From the IMG/VR virus record IMGVR_UViG_3300049893_000899, positions 31,356 through 95,355 of that record: 64,000 bases of DNA, one strand, 5' to 3'. This stretch comes from a virus. Position numbers and translations under genes: made by a program. The notes under the pieces are model-generated. The model had not been told where the DNA came from and did not search any database. It saw nothing but the letters and a program-made list of their open reading frames with translations. The stretch's first letter is position 1. Each line of letters begins with the position of its first letter. Below, one piece after another: positions 14,766 to 26,900 of the stretch.

Positions 14766-17312
14766 TTAAGACTTTGCTGCGCAATAAATATTATATGATG
14801 AACCTGTAAATCCCGATAAGTTAGCAGGCATCCCTGACGGTGATCCTGAAACGAATTTACTTTTTGATATAGCGGCATCACTTGCTGCTGTTGTTTGAGC
14901 AAAAGTACAAGCACCAACTCCTTCTAATACTGCAAACCAATAAGACACACCAGCGGTAAGAGTAACAGAGCTACATGCTCCTGATGCAAATCCAACAGCA
15001 TTTGTTGAAGCTGATGCAGATGCTAGTAATGTATTTCCGTCAGCACTATAAATACCTAAATAAACAGTTGAAGCTGACAAAGATTTTACAAATGTATTAA
15101 TAGATGTAATAGTTACCGTCTTATCTGCTACAACCAAAGAAGCATAACAAGTGCCACTAAGAGCAACCCCTGTGCTACTCATTGTAATAGGATAGTTAGA
15201 TATTGAACCAGCGGAAGAGCCTCCTGACACAGTCTTTAATCCTACTTTACCTGTTGTGTTGTCATAATAATAAACTTTACCATCATCACTCAATGTAGGA
15301 TTCAATGCAGTAGTATCAAGCTCTTTCTGACCAATACCGAAAGAATAGTGCCATGCAGTTCCGTTGTAGAATTGATGTTTGTTTGTGTTGTATCGTATTG
15401 CCCCTGCTGTTGTGGTTGTACTATCGCCCACAACCATAGCTTTATTAGTGTTTAATCCTATTTGACCAGTAGATGTTAATTGTAGTAAACCAGTTGTTGT
15501 GCTGAAATTTAAAACGTTACTACTTAGGTCGTCACTCCACACTCTAAAACCTTGTTGAGCTACTACTGTAACAGGCTGACCGTTAAATAAGGCTACTATG
15601 TTGCCATAAGTACCACCATGCCCCTGCCCCCATAAACGTAGAGTTCTAGTGCCTAACACATTAAGGTTGGTCTCTGTATTATTAGATGTTATATTAAATA
15701 ATTCGCTTGTACCTACTCCGTTCCAAAAACGCAATCTTGAATCGGCACCATTTGCGCCTATTGAAACCTCGGCATTTGAACCTAACAACTTAGACTCAAA
15801 CGCTACCCTCGCCCCTGTACCTGCTAAATCTTCGACGTATAAATGTCTGTTTGTAGTAACAGTTTGGGATTTAGATATTCTAACATCACCAGTAAACGGC
15901 ATATTTGAGCCGTCTAATTTCGCATAACCATTAAGCAAACTTTTAACTGATCTAAATGAAGGTATGTAATTATCATCTAGTGTTATAGTGTTTTCTTTAG
16001 CTATCGCATTAGTGTCGTACCTTAAAAGACCGCTTTTAGTGTAGATATAATCAGCATCAACAGAATCATCAAACTGAAAGCCGAATCCATTCGATACAAT
16101 ACCTAAATAAGACCTAACATAATTACCAGTATCACCACCATCTAGCTCTACGAAGCTTTGCATCTCGGTTGAATAAGTTGTGGCTAAAGCATCAACCTTC
16201 TGGGAAGCAAAACCAAACTCACCAAATTGAACATCAAGACCGTTTGACGAGTGAGTCCTAGTTACCTGAAATTCTGAATCATTAAATGAAAAAGTAGATG
16301 TATATCCATTTTTAAATAAAATTCCATTTATCCCATTTGTAGTATCTATTCCTAAATTTCCACTAACGCCAGTATCAGTAATAGAAAAAGAAGCGTTTGT
16401 TTTTGCTCTTGCTATAAAAGTGCCTAATCTAGTCCCAGTAGTATTTCCTCCTAAAGAAAGAGTAAACGTTCCGTTGCTATTTAGAGTGGTGTTTTTAGTT
16501 AATGCGTTTGTGCCTCCAAATTCAACAACTCCAGAAACATTTGTCAATCCATTTGTGAATGTAGGCATTGAAACACTTGCCAAGTCATACTTGCCAGCGG
16601 TGTTGTCCCATACTAAGAATTTGCCGTTTTCTGTTAAAGTAGGTGATAAGGCGGCATTTGTTAATTCCTTAGTCCCTAAGTATCCTTGTAACTGAATAAT
16701 CCCATCTGCGTCTTGAAACGTTTGTGTTCTTGCAGGGCCAGCAAGTGTCATGTCGAAAAACATTCTCTGTCCAACCCCTTTATTATAGAACATTAATCCG
16801 TTTCTTAATCCTATCTGTCCATTTCCAGAACCTCCTTGTAATTTCGTAACATTGTATGTTCCATCGTGTTGCTCAACATACAAACCGCCTCCATTATTAT
16901 ACGTAAATGCCCCACCTAACAAAGGCGTTGAATTATCTGGCAGTCGTAATTGACCATCGGTAAAATCTATAGTAAACCCAAAATTACCAGCAGATATGAT
17001 TGTATCCTTAGTTAATGGGCCTTCAAGTCTAACAATACCACCAGATTCGGTTAATGCATTTTCAAACGTGAAAGAAGTTCCTGCGCTAAATTCAACTAAA
17101 TTTCCATTAGCAACACCATCTTTATACCAATACTTCTTATCACCTGATCCATCGTTAATAACAACAGTAAGACCTCTATATCTAAATGACAAAGGTATTG
17201 TATTATTAGCTTCTGTTACTGAGGCGTATGGAGTATAATCAGAACGAAGCGACTTAGCTTCCGAAGGCTTCCCTGAATTTATATATATATTATCACTTAA
17301 TGCTATTGCCAT
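14766..17312 (-). CDS. Tail fibre / receptor-binding protein
   Basis: 848 aa, G/T/S/N-rich, with internal repeated modules. Confidence 0.75.
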   Translation of the reverse strand: MAIALSDNIYINSGKPSEAKSLRSDYTPYASVTEANNTIPLSFRYRGLTVVINDGSGDKKYWYKDGVANGNLVEFSAGTSFTFENALTESGGIVRLEGPLTKDTIISAGNFGFTIDFTDGQLRLPDNSTPLLGGAFTYNNGGGLYVEQHDGTYNVTKLQGGSGNGQIGLRNGLMFYNKGVGQRMFFDMTLAGPARTQTFQDADGIIQLQGYLGTKELTNAALSPTLTENGKFLVWDNTAGKYDLASVSMPTFTNGLTNVSGVVEFGGTNALTKNTTLNSNGTFTLSLGGNTTGTRLGTFIARAKTNASFSITDTGVSGNLGIDTTNGINGILFKNGYTSTFSFNDSEFQVTRTHSSNGLDVQFGEFGFASQKVDALATTYSTEMQSFVELDGGDTGNYVRSYLGIVSNGFGFQFDDSVDADYIYTKSGLLRYDTNAIAKENTITLDDNYIPSFRSVKSLLNGYAKLDGSNMPFTGDVRISKSQTVTTNRHLYVEDLAGTGARVAFESKLLGSNAEVSIGANGADSRLRFWNGVGTSELFNITSNNTETNLNVLGTRTLRLWGQGHGGTYGNIVALFNGQPVTVVAQQGFRVWSDDLSSNVLNFSTTTGLLQLTSTGQIGLNTNKAMVVGDSTTTTAGAIRYNTNKHQFYNGTAWHYSFGIGQKELDTTALNPTLSDDGKVYYYDNTTGKVGLKTVSGGSSAGSISNYPITMSSTGVALSGTCYASLVVADKTVTITSINTFVKSLSASTVYLGIYSADGNTLLASASASTNAVGFASGACSSVTLTAGVSYWFAVLEGVGACTFAQTTAASDAAISKSKFVSGSPSGMPANLSGFTGSSYNIYCAAKS

Positions 17313-17314
17313 GA

Positions 17315-18286
17315 TTAACTATTTTTTAATTGCATTGATAATGTTTGTTCTGACTGTAAATTACTGATATAAACTTTGTAACTTATTCCATTCCACATAG
17401 AGGTAGGGCTATCTATTGATAAGACTGTTGCAGACGGAAACAGAGTAGTTGCGTTAAGTATATCGCCTTTATCAAGCTCTGTAACATACCACTTAGTCTT
17501 GCTTGTTGAAGTAGAAGGTATTGCAAACCAAATGTAATCATCTGACGTACTATTGAAATCTATTGTTATTGTTCCAGTAGATGAAGCTACAACCTTAGTT
17601 CCTGAATTAATCAATGCTTGATTAGCAGAAGGCCTATTTACACTAGCAGCAGCCCCACCAGAAGATACTTTGCCATAGAAGTAAGGATAAATACTATTTA
17701 CAGTAAAAGTCCTTGTGAACTCAACAGATTGCGTGTTTGTTGCTCTAATTTCCCAATCCTGAGAAATAGGAGATGTATTTGTTATTGTTCCTATTCCAAG
17801 CGCCTCACTACCGTCATTATCAAGCCCAAAAATAAGGAATGTGTTTGAATCTAAGTCTTTAATACTTATAGATGCAGGAGCTATGTTTCCATTGTTTGTA
17901 GTTGTCCAAGTGAATGTTTTGCTTCCTGATAAAACAGTTCCAACTTCTATTGTTGTAGCTTGTCCAGTAATACTGAAAGCTGAAAACGTAGGGTTCTGAT
18001 AAACAACGAGCATCTTCTCGAAAATCTCATTTGCCGTCTTACCTGTAAGAACATATCCAGCAGGTACTCCACCAACAGCAATAGTAGAAGGAGAGGCAAG
18101 GTCATAAACGCTACCACTACCATATACGAATTTGTTTTGTGTTTTATCCCAAACAATTGTTTTACCATCCTCAGCGGCAGTAGGAGAGTCAATGTCCTTG
18201 CCTCTTAGCTGAGTTTCTAAAGCAAGGCGTATCCCTGAAATTAACTCAGGGATAACACCAAATTTCCATTTGCCAAATATTTTCAT
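17315..18286 (-). CDS. Tail fibre-associated structural protein
   Basis: T/S-rich, Ig-like; shares the SPT..EDGK..VWD motif with the 848-aa fibre. Confidence 0.6.
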   Translation of the reverse strand: MKIFGKWKFGVIPELISGIRLALETQLRGKDIDSPTAAEDGKTIVWDKTQNKFVYGSGSVYDLASPSTIAVGGVPAGYVLTGKTANEIFEKMLVVYQNPTFSAFSITGQATTIEVGTVLSGSKTFTWTTTNNGNIAPASISIKDLDSNTFLIFGLDNDGSEALGIGTITNTSPISQDWEIRATNTQSVEFTRTFTVNSIYPYFYGKVSSGGAAASVNRPSANQALINSGTKVVASSTGTITIDFNSTSDDYIWFAIPSTSTSKTKWYVTELDKGDILNATTLFPSATVLSIDSPTSMWNGISYKVYISNLQSEQTLSMQLKNS

Positions 18287-18287
18287 A

Positions 18288-18851
18288 TTATGATAATGTT
18301 ATTTCTTGTGTTCTAAAAATACTGAATTTAAACATATCCTTCAATGAAGGCATAACATTCAATGCGTAGAAGTCAACCTCGTTGATATAAAGAGGATTTC
18401 CTTGTTCATCAACTTTTACAGTTCCAACAAGTTCTTGATTAATAACTTCTGTGTTGTCTTCATTATATTCAGGCTGAACTAAAGCAATATTTGCTCCAAC
18501 AACAACAGGTACTCCAGTAGTAGCAAAAGCATCTAAATCAACATACTTTTCAGTTGTTGCAACTGCTGGTCTATAAGTACGAGGATCATCGTTTGAGTTT
18601 ACTTGTAGTTGCCAAACTCCACCACCCCATACGCCATCTGTTTTAACTCCTCCAACATAAAGCTCTGTCTTCTGAATGTTTTCAATTTTCTTAGTATCTG
18701 CGTTTGAACTAAATGCGGTCATGTGCGTTCTCATTAACACTATACCATTTAATTCATACTCTACAGTTACTATTTGAGTAGCATTTGATTTCTCTACAAA
18801 CTGACCATTAACGATTTCACTATAATAGTCTCTTACATAAATTTTAGCCAT
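18288..18851 (-). CDS. Hypothetical protein in the fibre cluster
   Basis: 187-aa ORF tightly coupled to its neighbours. Confidence 0.65.
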   Translation of the reverse strand: MAKIYVRDYYSEIVNGQFVEKSNATQIVTVEYELNGIVLMRTHMTAFSSNADTKKIENIQKTELYVGGVKTDGVWGGGVWQLQVNSNDDPRTYRPAVATTEKYVDLDAFATTGVPVVVGANIALVQPEYNEDNTEVINQELVGTVKVDEQGNPLYINEVDFYALNVMPSLKDMFKFSIFRTQEITLS

Positions 18852-18869
18852 ATATTTTTTAATTAATTT

Positions 18870-20567
18870 TTAAATGTAATAATTTCTATATTTTAAATAT
18901 TTAACACCTGTATTCCTTGCGGTTGTTCCTACTGTCTTGTCTATTTTGCATAAAATAGATGTGTTTCTACCTGTTGAAATAGGTATATTTGTAGTGTTGT
19001 TTTCAACGTTAACTCCATTTATGAAGTAATCAACCCTTGAAGCAATATTGTTTACCTCAATTCTCAATTTATACCAAGTGTTCGCCGCTACTGTTACGCT
19101 TGTTGGCTTTGTTGTTCGTGTGCTATTTGAAGCCGTTACAACGTTAAAAACAGTGTTAACCCTATCATCGTATTGGAAATATGCTCCATCTGTCGGGAAG
19201 TTACCTGTTACAACGTTATCCCCAAATCCATACACACTACTAAATCTTTGAGTAGCTGGATCTGATAAGATAGGTATGAATATTTCAGCTTCAAAAACAT
19301 GAACGCCTGAACCTGAATAAAACTGCAAAGATGAACTATTTTTAATTACGTTACCAGTTCCCGTTGCGGTTGTTGCAGTTGTTAAATTTAAATAACCTGT
19401 CGGAAACCCTACACCACCAGCCACTAAAGTTCCATTTGTTACCGATACTTGCGTTTGACCCACAGTACCAGTTCCTAAAAAGAATTCATCAAATCTTTTA
19501 ACAAAATCAGGATATTTGACTGTAAACATCCAAGTTCCATTTGCCGTACTTCTATCAATTAAAACCGCTTTTAATTCGCAGTAAGGCTCTAGTCTGTAAG
19601 CAGTAGTAAAGTCTGAATATGTTATTTCTACAACTTCATTTGCGTTGTTTATAAATATAAATTCTTTAGTACCAGCGTAAGAAGTAGCATCTCCTAAACT
19701 CGTTAATTTACCCCAAGTTGTACCTGTGTAAATTTGAGTTTTTGCGGAATTGTAATTTAATGTGTTTAATGCTGATAAAGTAGAAACAATATTATAAGTA
19801 TCTCCTATCTTTTGAAGAGAGACCTGTGAGCCATCGAAAACATACGCACTACCTGCGTCTAATATAGTTGGAGATTTTGCTCCAACACTTAAAGGAGTGT
19901 TACCGATAACGTCGGCACTAACCCAACCTAAAGATTTTCTATTGTATGCAACTCCATCGTTTGGAGCATCAGAAATGCCACCAGTTGCAATAGTGAAAGT
20001 TCTATCCGTACTTAAATCTTGCGTTACACCGTTTATTGTTAATGTTGTTGATTTTAATGCTTTTGTAGATAATTCGGCATTGATTGCCGTTATCTGTCCG
20101 TTAATATTTATTAAACTAGCTTCAATAGCAAGAATATCCTGTATATTCTCATTGAATTGCATAGCAATAGCTTCTTTGTCTGAAGTCCATGTAGTCCCTG
20201 TATAGTAATAAAATCCATAAGGATAGTATGTTCCTCCCATAGAGCCAGGTAGCCAAGCCGTTCCTTGACTATTATAAACATAAGCCAGATCTCCAGTAAC
20301 CATTCCTGTAACTAACAACAAATCATTATAGTTAGCAGCAGAGAACTTAAACAAGCTACTTGTATTTAAAACAAGGTCTCCAGAGCCTACAACAGATTGC
20401 CCATTTATAGTTTTAATATTAACTCCAGAAACAAGAATATCTTGCTTTCCAGAGTTAATAGCGTCAATAGAAGCCTCTAGTAAATCTACATCGGATTGTA
20501 AAGCTAAATCTCCAAGGCTATAAACAGAAGGCTTCTTCTCAAATATATATTTACCAAATACTCTCAT
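18870..20567 (-). CDS. Tail fibre protein with C-terminal lectin/ConA-like domain
   Basis: KQDILVSGVNIKTINGQSVVGSGDL, TINGVTQDLSTDRTF and DAPNDGVAYNRK fibre motifs; WYKLRIEV...YFING. Confidence 0.75.
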   Translation of the reverse strand: MRVFGKYIFEKKPSVYSLGDLALQSDVDLLEASIDAINSGKQDILVSGVNIKTINGQSVVGSGDLVLNTSSLFKFSAANYNDLLLVTGMVTGDLAYVYNSQGTAWLPGSMGGTYYPYGFYYYTGTTWTSDKEAIAMQFNENIQDILAIEASLININGQITAINAELSTKALKSTTLTINGVTQDLSTDRTFTIATGGISDAPNDGVAYNRKSLGWVSADVIGNTPLSVGAKSPTILDAGSAYVFDGSQVSLQKIGDTYNIVSTLSALNTLNYNSAKTQIYTGTTWGKLTSLGDATSYAGTKEFIFINNANEVVEITYSDFTTAYRLEPYCELKAVLIDRSTANGTWMFTVKYPDFVKRFDEFFLGTGTVGQTQVSVTNGTLVAGGVGFPTGYLNLTTATTATGTGNVIKNSSSLQFYSGSGVHVFEAEIFIPILSDPATQRFSSVYGFGDNVVTGNFPTDGAYFQYDDRVNTVFNVVTASNSTRTTKPTSVTVAANTWYKLRIEVNNIASRVDYFINGVNVENNTTNIPISTGRNTSILCKIDKTVGTTARNTGVKYLKYRNYYI

Positions 20568-20959
20568 TATAATATCGTTACAGTTATATCTTCTTCAGAA
20601 CTAATAACTACAAGACATGAGTTATCATTAAGCTCAATAAAATCTTGAACACCTATCAACTCTCTTGTTGCAGTTAATTTAAAAGAAACTACAATATCAT
20701 TAGAGTTTAAATTATGATTTATTGTTTTGGTAAAATATCCAGTATAGTCTCCAGAGCCTACATCCCAAGATGTAATGTCCTCAGAGTATTTGTTTACTGT
20801 TGGAGGTGGTGTTATTTGAACAATTAGTTCAGATAACAACTTTTCTAAATCACTCAACAATTTCTCTTTTGAGTGACCTTTGTTCTCCTTGTTAGATACG
20901 TTGTCACGTATTCTAACAAGGGTAACCATTAATTCTTGTATTGTTTTAGTAGTTTCCAT
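20567..20959 (-). CDS. Hypothetical virion protein with HNLN motif
   Basis: TINHNLNSNDIVV motif, commonly seen in phage fibre proteins. Confidence 0.55.
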   Translation of the reverse strand: METTKTIQELMVTLVRIRDNVSNKENKGHSKEKLLSDLEKLLSELIVQITPPPTVNKYSEDITSWDVGSGDYTGYFTKTINHNLNSNDIVVSFKLTATRELIGVQDFIELNDNSCLVVISSEEDITVTIL

Positions 20960-23900
20960 TTTCAAGTCCGTTTATTTTGTTCTTAAGGTGTCCATCCATA
21001 AATAAACGGACATAATTGTCATGACTAACAATTCTTCCTAGATCTTTCGGGAGCTTATCAATATCTCCAGTGAATAAATCACCTGCTAATTTAGCTAAAT
21101 CTGATATAAAACCAAAACTTTGAGATACATTATTAAAACTTCTAAGTAATTCTCCTGGGTTAGCGAAGTATGTTAACTCATTGAATACTCTAAGTGCTAT
21201 ATACGGACTAAGGAATCGTATGTTTTCAATAAAGCCTCCTTCTTCATCATCTCCACCTGGAGCAACCAATGAAGAAAGAAGATACAACCCATAGAATGAA
21301 CCAGCAAAAATACCTGTCCATCTTAGCCTACTTGCGTTATAAGCTATAATTTCAGATACTTTATCATCATTTTTTCCAACAGCGGCTTTAACTCCTCCCA
21401 ACACTTTCTCTGCGGTACTACCTTCAGTTTTTCTATATCCTTCCATTATCTGAATTATCTCAGCAGTAACCATCCCCATTATGGCTTCATCTCCAAAAGC
21501 GTTTCCATTAATAAGGTCTTCATCATATTCTCCTGTTTCCGGATTGTAGAGAGTATCAAAATCTTTAAGAGCATATTGCCATCCAGCAAAAGTCATCATC
21601 ATCTTTCTAGGTAAGAATTTTCTTAATGACATTAAAGCTGGACCAGCTACTTTCTTATCCATCTCAGACAAGCCTCTATTTCCATAATAACCCTGAGTGT
21701 TAGATATTAAGTCAGAAATATTAAGTCCTATTTCAGAAACCATGTTATTATAAGATCTTTCATCTATCTCTCCTTTATCGTTTCTCATTATTCTACTTGT
21801 AAAGTTAGAAGTTGTAGCAAACACCTTTGGGCTTATAGATATCCTTCTTGACTTTTCGTCAAATATAATAGAATCATAAAGACTAACAGCTTCAGAGATT
21901 TCAGGAGTAGTTGTTCCATCTGCTTTAAGATATTCTCCATTCTCAGCAATACATCTTATTCCTTTAAGTTTAGCAATCGTTAACACAGTAGAAATCATGT
22001 GTTCACCAACAGCAAAAGGCATATGGCCAGCAGCGCCAAAGAAAGCTCTAACAGTTTTGTCATTCATTATATCTTGAACAAAAGCCTCATTGAAGTTTAA
22101 TCTTGAATTAAAGAATACCGTTATTGCTGTAAGCTTATCTGTTCTCATAGCATCATCAGCAGAGTAATTCTTCATTGAATCAACTATGTTCTTAAAGTAT
22201 TCAGTAGAAGCTTCTCCTATAAGATTAGAATCTAAAAGGTTATTAGCCTTGAATGCAATCATTGAAGACACCGTTCCAGCAGTAGCATTCACTAAACCAC
22301 CTTCAATATTTCCATTAAGTTTTGCTTTTGCAGAAATAGAAGTAATTGTTCCAAGGATCTTACTTATTGAATATCCTTTGCCAAACTGCATATCTTCTCT
22401 TCTCTTACCAAGAACATATTCATCAAATACAGATTCAGCAGCTTTAAGTCTTTGGCTGTTTCCTTTAGTGTTAAAAGCCTTATTGAAGTATTTTGTAATA
22501 ACTTTCTTTCCTCCTTCTTTTATGTTTATGTTCTGTTCTCTTAATAAAGCTTTAAGAGTTTCTCCCATAAACGCAGCTTTACTCATTTCTTCAAAGTTAA
22601 TGGCGCTATGATAGTTCATCATTAATATTGATAATATATCTTTAGATCTATCTTCAATCTTAATTCCTTTGTCTCTAAACTTAACAGGAGGTCTTTGAAT
22701 AGGTTCTCCATTAAATGTAGATCTTCTAACAATAGCCTCTTCATTAGACGCTCTCTCTTCTGCATCATTAACATAATCTAAGTCTTTAGATTGTTGATTC
22801 TTGATGGACTCATTAATTCCTTCTTTGAAGCCTTCTTTTAGTTTCCCTTCAGCATATAATTCATGAGATGTCTTTCCAACAAAAGGAAGCTCGTTATTAA
22901 TAAGCATATCTCCTTTTTCAAGATAACCATTAGACTTGTGTAGTAATATTTCAAACCCATCAGCTATCTTTTTCTCTTCAGTAGTAAGAGCAGCCCATTT
23001 AGCGGACTTATATTTAGGTAAAGGAATAAGTCTCCCTTTTCCATCAGTCTTTTTGGCGTCTTTCTCATAGTTTTCTTTTTTAAATATATCTATTTGCTTA
23101 CCAACATAATAAGTGCTTTTAATAGTCTTCTTTTGTTGTTCATTCAAATCCATATATTCTCTATATTGAGCCTTATCATATTCCCCAGACTCAAATCTAT
23201 CGTTTATTTGTTTAGCTTTAAGGTCGTACTCTTCTAAAGCCTTTTTGTAGTTCTCCATACCGATAGCTATATATCGTTGTCTTTCAGCTTCAAGACGCAT
23301 CCAGTCATACTCAGATACTAAGCATAGTCTATCTTCATCATTAACTCTCTGAACATAGAAGAACTTCTCATTAACCTCTTCATAGTTAACCCCTAATGTT
23401 TTATTCCATCCATTCTTATTTACATAATCTCTATACATAGAAGCAAGGTTGTCTTTTCCCCTAAACTCTTCTTGGTATTTAATTCTAACGTTATCTTTAG
23501 CTTTCTCTAAGTACGCCACAAAAGGAGTAATTATAGAGTCGTTTATCATCTTCTTATCGCAAAATGCCAACACTAAAGAAGAAATATCTCTTTCGTCTTC
23601 AGATAATCTTTTATAGATCGTATTATATCTTTCGTATAACCATTTCTCTTTATTCTTCTGGAAAGCTTGAACACCAATGTTAATTAGATTATCTCTTACA
23701 GCCTTGTCTTTAAAAGAACCTATTCCTCCTTTTATCTTTCTGAACAAGTCTCTAGCCTGCATCATTCTAACATTGATATGACCTCTATCTTCAAAAGCCA
23801 AAGTAAAAGCAAGAACTTTCTTAGAACTCTTCTCTAAAGATGAATTAGCTTCAGATATCTTTCTTTCAATAGAACGAAGAGCCTCGCTTAAGTCATTAAG

Positions 23901-26900
23901 AGTCTGTTTATGATATCTTTTTGCAAGTAAACGGTTGATTATATTTTCAAGAGAAGTCATATTTTCTTCGCTTGTTTCAACGTTAGTTTTTGTTCCTTCA
24001 AAGTCAATAACACCAGCATCAAGACCTATAGTTTTATTTATTAAATCACTAAGCTCAGCATAGCTAGGATTATCTGGCAAGGTAAGAGTGTCTTCTATAT
24101 TTTTAGTTGTGCTATTGTCCCCTGAAAGTCTTTTTACAATACCAACAATCTTTCTGTACTCCTCTTTTATTGTAGCCAATTCAGAATCAATCTTAGACTG
24201 TAATGCTGTATCTGGAATTCCACCATCTAATGAAGCTTGGATGTTTTTAAATCTCTTCAAAGAAGCAAAAATATCCCCAACATGAACACTTAAGTTAGCT
24301 ATTTCAACATCCTCAGTACTGCCTTTCGAAGCAAACTCAAGCTTAGGAGATATTTGTTTAGATATCAAATTAAACACACCAAGAATACTTATAGCCTTCT
24401 TAATCTGAGTAAGCTCGTCCCATCTTTCTTGTTGGTTTGCATGTTGAGCATAAAACTGCTCTAATGTCATTTTCCCTGGATTTGTTCCATCAATATCAAC
24501 ATCGTCAAGTATTTGTCTTAATGGGTCTCTAGTGATACTTGATATTAAGTCTGTTATTACTATGCTGTCATTATAAACGTCCATAGCCATTTCAACAAGT
24601 TGTCTCAAAACATAGAAGTCAGAAGCTTTACCAATCTCTGATCTTATCTGATCAATTGTTTCAACCATCTTGTTGATGTTTTGACTTCCGGAACTTGTGT
24701 CTATTCCAGACTTACTGGCAGCACTAACAGCTTCAGAAAGCATCTTGTTCAATCCATCCATAAATCCTTCAAGATCAACGTTTTCATCGTCTCTTATTGA
24801 GGCTATTAATGTATTAGTTGCTATATCTAAAGCTTCTTTCTTGTAGTTGTATTCAAAGTTACCAGCGTTATCAGACCCTTCATATCTTTCTTTAGCCTCT
24901 CTCATTGGTCCATCAGACTTAAAGTTAAATCTGTTTTCCATCACTTCATCTATATTGATGGTAGGCATATTATTGTATATGCTGCTATTAAGAACCTCGT
25001 TAGCCATTAAAGCAATAGCGTCATAGTCTAAACCAAGTTTCTTCTTGATGATATTGTAAACCTTGTTAACCCAGTTTCTTATTTTGCCAAATATAGATTC
25101 TTCAGCATTTTCAAATATCTCGGTACCTTTAAGACCTAAAGCAACTGCAAGAACTTCTTTTCTATGTAACTCAGAACCTTCTTTTAATTCAGGGTATCTA
25201 TCTGAAACTCTATCAGCTATATCTGTCTGCATAGCTTGGTCATACGCAGCCATTGCCTCAGAAGTATAAGCTCCACCAGATATATCAATGAATACGTGTG
25301 ATAACTCGTGTATAACTGTGTCTCTACTTAAATATTCCCTAGATCTAAGTTTTACAACAGGAAGTCCATCAACATAAGTAACTGATCCCCATGCTTTCAT
25401 ATTAGGGTCTATAATCACTTGATTAGCTCCCAACTTAGCCTCAAGAAGACCTATCTTTCTTGCTGTTCTTTTCTCGTCGTCTATCTTATCAAACTCAGAC
25501 ATCTTATTGTAATAGTCTTGATATTCATCTTGAACACTACCTGATTGATTCTTAAGAATAATATTGTCAATAAATTGATCAGCAAAGAAAATAGGACTTT
25601 CTTCTATCATTTTACCGGCAAGATCTAAAGCTGTACTATAACCAATTCTATTTAGAAACTTAATTGTTACAGGAATTACATTTGAAGAACCAGAAACTGG
25701 AGTTCTTCCAGTCATGAAATAATTCAATAGAACACCAATCTTAATTGGCATTGGAGCATCGTCAAATGATTCTGATATTTCATTAGATAAATCACTATGA
25801 ATTTCTCCTCTATTAAACTTTAGAGCTAATTTAAACTTGTCAGCAGGAGTCAGGTCTTCTAAATTATTTGAAGCCAATATAGCCGCTCTAGCTTCTTTAG
25901 ACGCTTCTCCTCCAGTTTTTGATATAGCTATAAGCCTATAAACATTCTGAACTTGTCTTCTTGTTCTTTCTTTTTCTCTATTCTTTTCGTAGTTCTTTTT
26001 TATTACTTGAATAACCTTGTTATCAGTATTAACATTTCCTTCAATAACAGCAACAAAGTCCTCTATCATTCTGTTGTTCTTATTTGAATCAGAAAACACT
26101 TTAGAAGCAAAGAACTTATTGTAGACATAAGAAGCCATCTCCTTCTCTACGTTTATTAATCCTCCAATACTTTTTATTGCACTGTAAAACTTTTTACGAT
26201 TAGCTATATTTTCTTTAGATGTGTCGTTTAAAATTGTAGAGATATATGTAGTTACTGTTTCGTTTGATACAATAGAAATTGAATTAAGAAGTACTGAAAG
26301 TTTTGCAAAAGAGTTTCTTAATGAACCTAAGTAAGTGTTGTTACTTAAATAGTTTTTGCTCATGTTTGCATTATTCTTGTATAGTCTATTTCTCAATTCA
26401 AAAGAACTTCTTTGAGAAAGTTTGTCGAACTTTAATTCAGTAGCTTGAGTTGATAGTTCTGAAGATAGAGAATTTAACTCATGATACATTTTTAACATAC
26501 TTATAATATAAGACATATTAATAGTTGTCATTGAGCCGGAATTAAAATCTTTTATGTCTTTAGCTAAAGAGTCAGCAGAAACATCAACTTTAACATATTT
26601 AAATTTCTTCATTTTAAAGTTATATTCTGCTGCTTTACTAAAAGCAGCCAAATCATTACCAGAAAAATCAATACCTTTTGAAGTTAAATATTGAATCATT
26701 CCATTTTCTCCATACTTACTATAAGCAAATATTACAGGATGATTTAAGTATAACATTGCTCTCATTGGATGAACTCCTGCTCTTATCATCGCAAATAACA
26801 TTCCAGAAGTAGTCTTATTTATATTAACATAAGAAAGGAATGGATCCTTTGCCATATCAACGAATCCATTAAGGAAAGAAGAGATAGCGTCAACAATAGA

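Noticed and set aside
14765-14917. N-terminal extensions given by the ORF track for patatin (also 51405-51488 and 55356-55379 for other genes)
   Set aside because: The extensions overlap upstream genes or AT-rich intergenic DNA and use non-ATG starts; downstream ATGs fit the domain boundaries
7025-20567. Diversity-generating retroelement targeting tail fibres (known in some crAss-like phages)
   Set aside because: No reverse transcriptase in the window and no TR/VR pair differing only at adenines was noticed; it could lie outside the window
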